DNA of 11,974 nucleotides from a candidate division WOR-3 bacterium (lineage in GTDB: Bacteria > Hydrothermota > Hydrothermia > JBDRYB01), in NCBI GenBank assembly GCA_049969615.1, contig JBMFOM010000062.1, positions 1-11,974 of the forward strand, given 5' to 3'. Below the pieces are notes generated by a model, which saw only the letters and a program-made list of their open reading frames with translations, searched no databases and was not told the DNA's origin. The position numbers and the translations under genes are program-made. The number at the start of each line of letters is the position of its first letter. Within the stretch, counting starts at the first letter, position 1. Positions 7,621 through 11,974 of this stretch are shown piece by piece.

Positions 7621-8489
7621 AGCGAGAGCTCCTTGATGACCCTTCTTATCTCAGATAAGGTCTTATCCGAGACAGGTGCAAGCGGCGGCCTCAGGAACGG
7701 CCCGGTGATACCCATCTCTCCGAGCATTGCTTTGACTGGACCGGGGCTGGTCTCCACGAATAGGACCTTGAAAAGTGGCCAGAGCTCATGGTGCAAAGCC
7801 GAGGCCTTCTTGAAATCGTGTTTCAGGGCCGCGTTCACCATAGCCGAGACCTGGCCCGGAGCGGGGTTTGACGCCACGGATATGACGCCCTTTGCGCCAA
7901 CTGCCATCATGGGAACCGTGAGGGAATCATCTCCCGAGAGGACTGTTATTCCAGCAGAAACCAGGGCAGAAGCATTGTCAAGGGAGCCAGAGGCCTCCTT
8001 TACCGCTATGATGTTCTCTGGAAAATCTCTAAACAGCCTTGCTATGGTGTCTGGCGTGATTGAGACCCCTGTCCTGCCGGGAACATTGTAGATTATTATC
8101 TTTGCCGCTGGAACCTCTGAGCATATCAGGGAATAGTGCAGGTAAAGCCCGTCCTGGGTTGGCTTGTTGTAGTAGGGGGTGACGACCAGCGCGAACCCGT
8201 AACCCATTTCAATTGTCTCGGATGTTTGTGCTATAGTTTTGGCCGTGTTGTTCGTCCCTGTCCCGGCTATGAGCGCGGCCCTGTCGCCGACCATCTCCCG
8301 AATGGCCGCGAGGAGGGTCTTGCGCTCGCCGTCGGAGAGCGCGGGTGCCTCGCCCGTTGTCCCAAGGACGAGGATGCCGTCAACCCCGCCACGGAGCTGG
8401 TGCTCCACGAGCCTTTGAGTGGCCTCCAGGTCAAGTTCGCCCCTTTCCGTGAACGGGGTAACCAGGGCGGTAATGGTTCCCTTGAGCAT
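7617..8489 (-). CDS. dapA: 4-hydroxy-tetrahydrodipicolinate synthase (290 aa; start revised from 8681 to ATG 8489)
   Basis: Typical N-terminus MLKGTITALVTPF, GTTGE, VTPYYNKPTQDGL, YNVPGRTG (catalytic Tyr), AVKEASG (Schiff-base Lys), LSGDD, GVISVASN. The upstream extension would overlap the divergent gene and is not DapA-like. Confidence 0.95.
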   Translation of the reverse strand: MLKGTITALVTPFTERGELDLEATQRLVEHQLRGGVDGILVLGTTGEAPALSDGERKTLLAAIREMVGDRAALIAGTGTNNTAKTIAQTSETIEMGYGFALVVTPYYNKPTQDGLYLHYSLICSEVPAAKIIIYNVPGRTGVSITPDTIARLFRDFPENIIAVKEASGSLDNASALVSAGITVLSGDDSLTVPMMAVGAKGVISVASNPAPGQVSAMVNAALKHDFKKASALHHELWPLFKVLFVETSPGPVKAMLGEMGITGPFLRPPLAPVSDKTLSEIRRVIKELSL

Positions 8490-8496
8490 AGTTAAT

Positions 8497-8502
8497 ATTA
8501 TA
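8497..8502 (-). promoter_or_regulatory. Perfect -10 box (TATAAT) 7 nt before the dapA ATG; probable leaderless promoter
   Basis: Minus strand reads CCGT-TATAAT-ATTAACT-ATG. No SD is visible, and the -35 candidate is weak (TGGCAA at an 18-nt spacer). Confidence 0.6.
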
Positions 8503-8567
8503 ACGGATGGATGTTGGTGGTTGCCAGCTGTTGTGCGATCTTTTATGAACCAGCCTTGGCCCGGCGC

Positions 8568-8573
8568 GATAAT
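8568..8573 (+). promoter_or_regulatory. Candidate -10 box (GATAAT) 8 nt before the GTG of the radical SAM gene
   Basis: GATAAT-CTCTCCCT-GTG with no SD. An in-frame TAA at 8570-8572 excludes an upstream start. The -35 is poor (ATGAAC). Confidence 0.4.
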
Positions 8574-8581
8574 CTCTCCCT

Positions 8582-9427
8582 GTGGATGATGCCCTTTCGC
8601 TCCTTGAACCCTGCCGGGTCTGCCCCAGGGATTGCGGGGCCAACCGACTGTCCGGTGAGACAGGGGATTGCGGGGTCGCAAGATACGCGCTAATCAGTTC
8701 GGCAGGGCCTCACTTTGGTGAGGAGAGGGTCCTGGTTGGAAAGAGGGGTTCAGGGACCGTTTTCTTCGCGGGGTGCAATCTGAGATGCGTATTCTGCCAA
8801 AACTATGAGATAAGCCAATTGCGCTATGGTTCGCCTGTATCAGAGGAGGAGCTCGCGCTCGTTTTCCTTGAGGTGCAGGATTGGGGCTGTTGCAACCTGA
8901 ACCTGGTCTCGCCGACCCACATAACGCCTCAGGTGATCAATGCCCTCCGGATGGCGAGGGAAAGGGGGTTTCACCTACCCGTGGTCTGGAACTCAGGCGG
9001 ATATGAGAAACCCGAGACGCTGAAGCTTCTGGAGGGCCTGGTGGACATATACATGCCGGACGCCAAGTATTCGGACAATGCCATAGCAGAGGAGCTTTCT
9101 GGAATAGAGAATTACTGGAATTTTTGCAGGGTCGCCCTGCGGGAAATGCACAGGCAGGTCGGGGATCTGGTCGTGGAGGATGGCGTCGCGAGGCGTGGCC
9201 TGCTGGTCAGGCACCTAGTCTTGCCAGGAGGGCTTTCCGGGACAGAGGAGGTCGTCAGGTTCCTGGCGGAACTGTCCCCTGAGACCTTCCTGAACCTGAT
9301 GGACCAGTATTACCCCTGCTACAGAGCACGGGCAAGGCCGCCGCTGGACAGGAGGATAACGCACGAGGAGTATCGTGAAGCGCTTGAGATAGCGCGAAAA
9401 TACCTGAGGAGGGTCATCGGGGACTAG
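8582..9427 (+). CDS. Radical SAM protein, PflX-like (pyruvate formate-lyase activating enzyme-related) family
   Basis: CNLRCVFC (CxxxCxxC) within GSGTVFFAGCNLRCVFCQNYEISQ; N-terminal CRVCPRDCGANR...C; PHFGEE; NLNLVSPTH; VDIYMPDAKY; GLLVRHLVLPG; NLMDQYYP. Confidence 0.9.
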   Translation: MDDALSLLEPCRVCPRDCGANRLSGETGDCGVARYALISSAGPHFGEERVLVGKRGSGTVFFAGCNLRCVFCQNYEISQLRYGSPVSEEELALVFLEVQDWGCCNLNLVSPTHITPQVINALRMARERGFHLPVVWNSGGYEKPETLKLLEGLVDIYMPDAKYSDNAIAEELSGIENYWNFCRVALREMHRQVGDLVVEDGVARRGLLVRHLVLPGGLSGTEEVVRFLAELSPETFLNLMDQYYPCYRARARPPLDRRITHEEYREALEIARKYLRRVIGD

Positions 9428-9477
9428 AGCAAGAAAGGACAAACCAGGATTTTTTAGGGCTTTTTCGGAAAGAATCC

Positions 9478-10218
9478 CTACTGCAACAGCGAAACCGCCT
9501 GACTGAGCACCCCGAAGAAAACCAGGATGCCCGCCGCGATGAGCAGAGCCCCCGAGATTATCTCTATTACCCTAAAAGCTTTCTTTATCCGCTTGAACAC
9601 AGAGAAGAAAACGTTCAGCGCCAGCGCTGATATTATAAAGGGTATTGCCAGTCCGAGCGAATAGAACAGGAGCAGGATCATGCCTTTGACCGCGCCCTGG
9701 GTCGCGGCAATGAGCAATATGCCAGCGATTATGGGGCCTATGCACGGCGTCCAGCCGAAAGCGAAAGCGAGGCCGAGAAGATAAGCGCCCACAAGGTTAA
9801 CAGGCCTGGGAAGCCTCACCCTGCGTTCCTGCTCCATGAAACCGAACTTGAAGAAACCCAGCAGGTATATTCCAAATAGCACGATTAGGACCCCAGCGAC
9901 CTTTTCTATTATTTTCATGTAGGTTGCCACGAACGAGGAGAGCGCACCGGATATTCCCCCAGCTACCACGAAAACCGTGGATAGGCCGAGGACAAATAGC
10001 AGGGCGGCTATCGCGACACGAGCCGTGGATTTTCCGAGGCCTTGGCCAGTGAGCTCCTCAACGGATATGCCGGATATAAACGAGACATACGCTGGGATAA
10101 GCGGCAAAACACATGGCGAGAGAAACGAGAGGACCCCTCCCAGGAACGAAAAACCGCAGGCGGCCCAGAATGAAACGGACGAAAGATCAACATTGAGAAG
10201 GTTCTCAAGGGTTGGCAT
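9478..10218 (-). CDS. ccdA: Cytochrome c biogenesis / transmembrane disulfide reductant transporter CcdA (DsbD-beta family), 246 aa; start revised from 10290 to ATG 10218
   Basis: Two redox Cys motifs, SFLSPCVLPLIPAY and AFGWTPCIGPI; YSLGLAIPF; several hydrophobic helices. A promoter directly upstream of 10218 supports this start. Confidence 0.92.
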   Translation of the reverse strand: MPTLENLLNVDLSSVSFWAACGFSFLGGVLSFLSPCVLPLIPAYVSFISGISVEELTGQGLGKSTARVAIAALLFVLGLSTVFVVAGGISGALSSFVATYMKIIEKVAGVLIVLFGIYLLGFFKFGFMEQERRVRLPRPVNLVGAYLLGLAFAFGWTPCIGPIIAGILLIAATQGAVKGMILLLFYSLGLAIPFIISALALNVFFSVFKRIKKAFRVIEIISGALLIAAGILVFFGVLSQAVSLLQ

Positions 10219-10224
10219 GGCGAA

Positions 10225-10253
10225 ATTATAACCCACCTCCTGCGCAGGATCAA
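10225..10253 (-). promoter_or_regulatory. sigma70 promoter TTGATC-N17-TATAAT, 6 nt before the ccdA ATG (leaderless)
   Basis: Minus strand reads TTGATC CTGCGCAGGAGGTGGGT TATAAT TTCGCC ATG. Confidence 0.75.
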
Positions 10254-10411
10254 TCATTTGAGCCTGCCGTGCTCTCTTGGCCCTATCCAAGTTGGAGTAA
10301 GGGTTTGGCGGTTTCGGATCAAAAATTGAGCTTTCTAAGTTATGGCAAGGGCCGCAAACATTCTAAGACCATTTGAGGAAGGGATCGCTGCCCACGCGGG
10401 CGAAGCAGTTC

Positions 10412-11395
10412 TCACGGCACTATGGTTGTCCCCCCTTTGCCCTCCAGCGCGGCAGAGAGGCCGCTCAGCGAGGTGATTATAACCCTCTCCCCGCCACTCT
10501 TGAGAAAATCGCACGCGGCCTCTATCTTCGGTCCCATTGAGCCGGAGGGAAAGTGTCCCTCGGAAAGGAAACCCTCGGCCTCCGAGCAAGTCATGCGCCG
10601 GAGCTCTTTCTGATCCGGCTTCCCGAAATTGAGGCACACGGCATCAACCGCTGTGAGTATTATGAGGAGCTCCGCGCCTATTTCCCTGGCGAGAACGGCC
10701 GAGGCCCTGTCCTTGTCTATAACCGCAAAGACCCCTTCCCAGCGACCATTCCTGTTGATAACGGGGATTCCGCCTCCGCCGGCCGCGATTACCACGAAAC
10801 CATGCTCAAGGAGGGTCTTCACTGCTGGAGAGGATATTACACGGAGGGGCGCTGGCGATGGCACAACAACCCTCCAACCCCTGCCGGCGTCTTCCTTTAT
10901 TGGCCAGCCATACCTGCCGTGCATGGCCATTGCCTTCACCTTGTCAAAGAACTCCCCTATTGGTTTTGAGGGGTTTTGGAATCCGGGGTCATCCGGCGAG
11001 ACCTCAACCATGGAAACGAGAGTCGCAACAGGCAGACCTGGCCTTTGATTCCTCAGCCCGCGTTCTATGGCATAGCCTATCCAGCCCTGGGTCTCGGCGT
11101 TGAGGGCGTCCATTGGATATATCGGAAACTCATCCTCGGTCATGGCGTTCCTCAGGAACGATAAACCGACCTGGGGGCCGTTGCCGTGGGTTATGACCAC
11201 ACTCCAGCCAGTATCCAGAAGCTCCAGTATAGGCTTTACCGAGGCCTCTGCCCTGGCGGATTGAACCTCTATTTCAAAGCTCTCGCCCTTGTTCCTCAGA
11301 GCATTGCCGCCGAGAGCGACGACTGCCTTTTTGGTTTGTCCGTTTCCGGTTTCTTTTTCCTGTTTATAATCCGGGAGATTCTCGCGGGCGGGCAT
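10412..11395 (-). CDS. arcC: Carbamate kinase (327 aa from ATG 11395)
   Basis: VVALGGNAL, ITHGNGPQVG, NPSKPIG, EDAGRGWRVVVPSP, GGGGIPV, AVIDKD, FPSGSMGPKIEAA. The ATG overlaps the acpS TGA (TGATG), with SD GGAGG at 11407-11403, 7 nt upstream. Confidence 0.95.
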   Translation of the reverse strand: MPARENLPDYKQEKETGNGQTKKAVVALGGNALRNKGESFEIEVQSARAEASVKPILELLDTGWSVVITHGNGPQVGLSFLRNAMTEDEFPIYPMDALNAETQGWIGYAIERGLRNQRPGLPVATLVSMVEVSPDDPGFQNPSKPIGEFFDKVKAMAMHGRYGWPIKEDAGRGWRVVVPSPAPLRVISSPAVKTLLEHGFVVIAAGGGGIPVINRNGRWEGVFAVIDKDRASAVLAREIGAELLIILTAVDAVCLNFGKPDQKELRRMTCSEAEGFLSEGHFPSGSMGPKIEAACDFLKSGGERVIITSLSGLSAALEGKGGTTIVP

Positions 11396-11757
11396 CAGGG
11401 TTCCTCCAGAATGCAAACCGCTATCACATAGTCCCCATCGTGAGAGATGGATAGGGCAAATTCGCCCCTGATCAAGCTTGCCGCCTTGCCAGAAAGGGAA
11501 TATGAGGGCGCCCCCAGCATATCTCTGACCACCTCAACATCTTGCCAGCGTATCCCATCCGCGAGGCCGGTCCCTATGGCCTTGAGGAGGGCCTCCTTTG
11601 CCGCAAAGTCACCGGCAAGTTCCTTGAGCCTGTGAGCGCCCTCGGCCCTCGCAATCTCACCCCGGGTGAAAAGCCTCTGGGTAAGCCTATCTCCCCATCG
11701 CTCAAGCGCTCTGGCGAACCGCGGCAGGTTGACTATGTCCGTTCCAATCCGTAGCAT
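11395..11757 (-). CDS. acpS: Holo-[acyl-carrier-protein] synthase (4'-phosphopantetheinyl transferase)
   Basis: IGTDIV, FTRGE, FAAKEALLKAIGTG, GAP, LSISHDGDYVIA; 120 aa, the typical size for AcpS. Confidence 0.93.
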   Translation of the reverse strand: MLRIGTDIVNLPRFARALERWGDRLTQRLFTRGEIARAEGAHRLKELAGDFAAKEALLKAIGTGLADGIRWQDVEVVRDMLGAPSYSLSGKAASLIRGEFALSISHDGDYVIAVCILEEP

Positions 11758-11763
11758 AAAATC

Positions 11764-11782
11764 AAAAAAGGTCTCGCGACCC
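11764..11782 (-). terminator. Short GNRA-tetraloop hairpin followed by U6 in the acpS leader (terminator-like or 5' leader structure)
   Basis: Minus strand reads G-GGTC-GCGA-GACC-TTTTTT. The stem has only 4 Watson-Crick pairs plus one possible G-U. Confidence 0.35.
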
Positions 11783-11787
11783 AGATA

Positions 11788-11816
11788 ATTATAACCTACT
11801 CCATAGGCGGGATCAA
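11788..11816 (-). promoter_or_regulatory. sigma70 promoter TTGATC-N17-TATAAT upstream of acpS-arcC
   Basis: Minus strand reads TTGATC CCGCCTATGGAGTAGGT TATAAT, ending 30 nt before the acpS ATG. Confidence 0.75.
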
Positions 11817-11974
11817 GTATTCGCGTTCCTGAGCTCTCACATATCCTCGCCTCCCAGAGGTAAGGCCTGATTTAGGATAGCCTGTAAGTTCTTGGAGCAC
11901 AACAACTTAGCGTGTTCTCCTCGCAATTGGCCAGGGTGAGTGAGCGACCCTCAACCCGTTTGGCCTTCCTTGGC

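Noticed and set aside
8490..8681. 64-aa N-terminal extension of DapA in the ORF track
   Set aside because: It overlaps the divergent radical SAM gene, is not DapA-like, and TATAAT sits directly before ATG 8489.
8511..8693. Possible frameshifted N-terminus of the radical SAM gene (FYEPALARRDNLSL in another frame)
   Set aside because: The resemblance to PflX N-termini is vague, there is no slippery site, and GATAAT-N8-GTG explains the start. A read-level indel check would settle it.
9428..9480. Imperfect hairpin (TAGGG-CTTTT-TCG-GAAAG-AAT-CCCTA) between the convergent genes as a bidirectional terminator
   Set aside because: The stem is bulged and no U-tract follows it on either strand, so it is too weak to call.
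10219..10290. Upstream TTG start for ccdA at 10290
   Set aside because: The extension runs through a near-consensus promoter, so ATG 10218 is better supported.
10254..10411. Intergenic region between arcC and ccdA as a riboswitch or sRNA; third TTGATC at 10317-10322 (minus)
   Set aside because: It has only a small GCCC-GCGT-GGGC stem and no recognisable aptamer, and this TTGATC has no -10 box at the proper spacing.
10335..11754. Alternative ORFs overlapping arcC and acpS
   Set aside because: They are shadow frames of well-conserved genes and carry no motifs.
1..11974. CRISPR array, tRNA/rRNA, prophage, defence or retroelement systems
   Set aside because: By eye I found no regularly spaced repeats, RNA gene signatures, reverse transcriptase, nuclease or phage proteins.

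Overview
This is a bacterial chromosomal window of mostly housekeeping and envelope genes. On the minus strand lie acpS-arcC (stop/start overlap), ccdA, dapA coupled to a lipoprotein L,D-transpeptidase, and a 1883-aa SprA/Sov-family type IX secretion (T9SS) translocon gene. A truncated IS200/IS605-family Y1 transposase fragment with a terminal hairpin sits at the left edge. A PflX-type radical SAM gene on the plus strand is divergent from dapA. Four observations stand out. (1) SprA occurs in a genome with canonical sigma70 promoters and Shine-Dalgarno (SD) sites, so the host is probably not a typical Bacteroidetes (inferred FCB-group or candidate lineage). (2) Four genes have a -10 hexamer 6-8 nt before the start codon, suggesting frequent leaderless mRNAs. 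(3) Two promoters share the form TTGATC-N17-TATAAT and are 22/29 identical. (4) dapA, the L,D-transpeptidase and sprA are adjacent and co-oriented. I cannot show a new biological system from sequence alone; these are testable hypotheses. All family calls come from motif recognition, with no database search.
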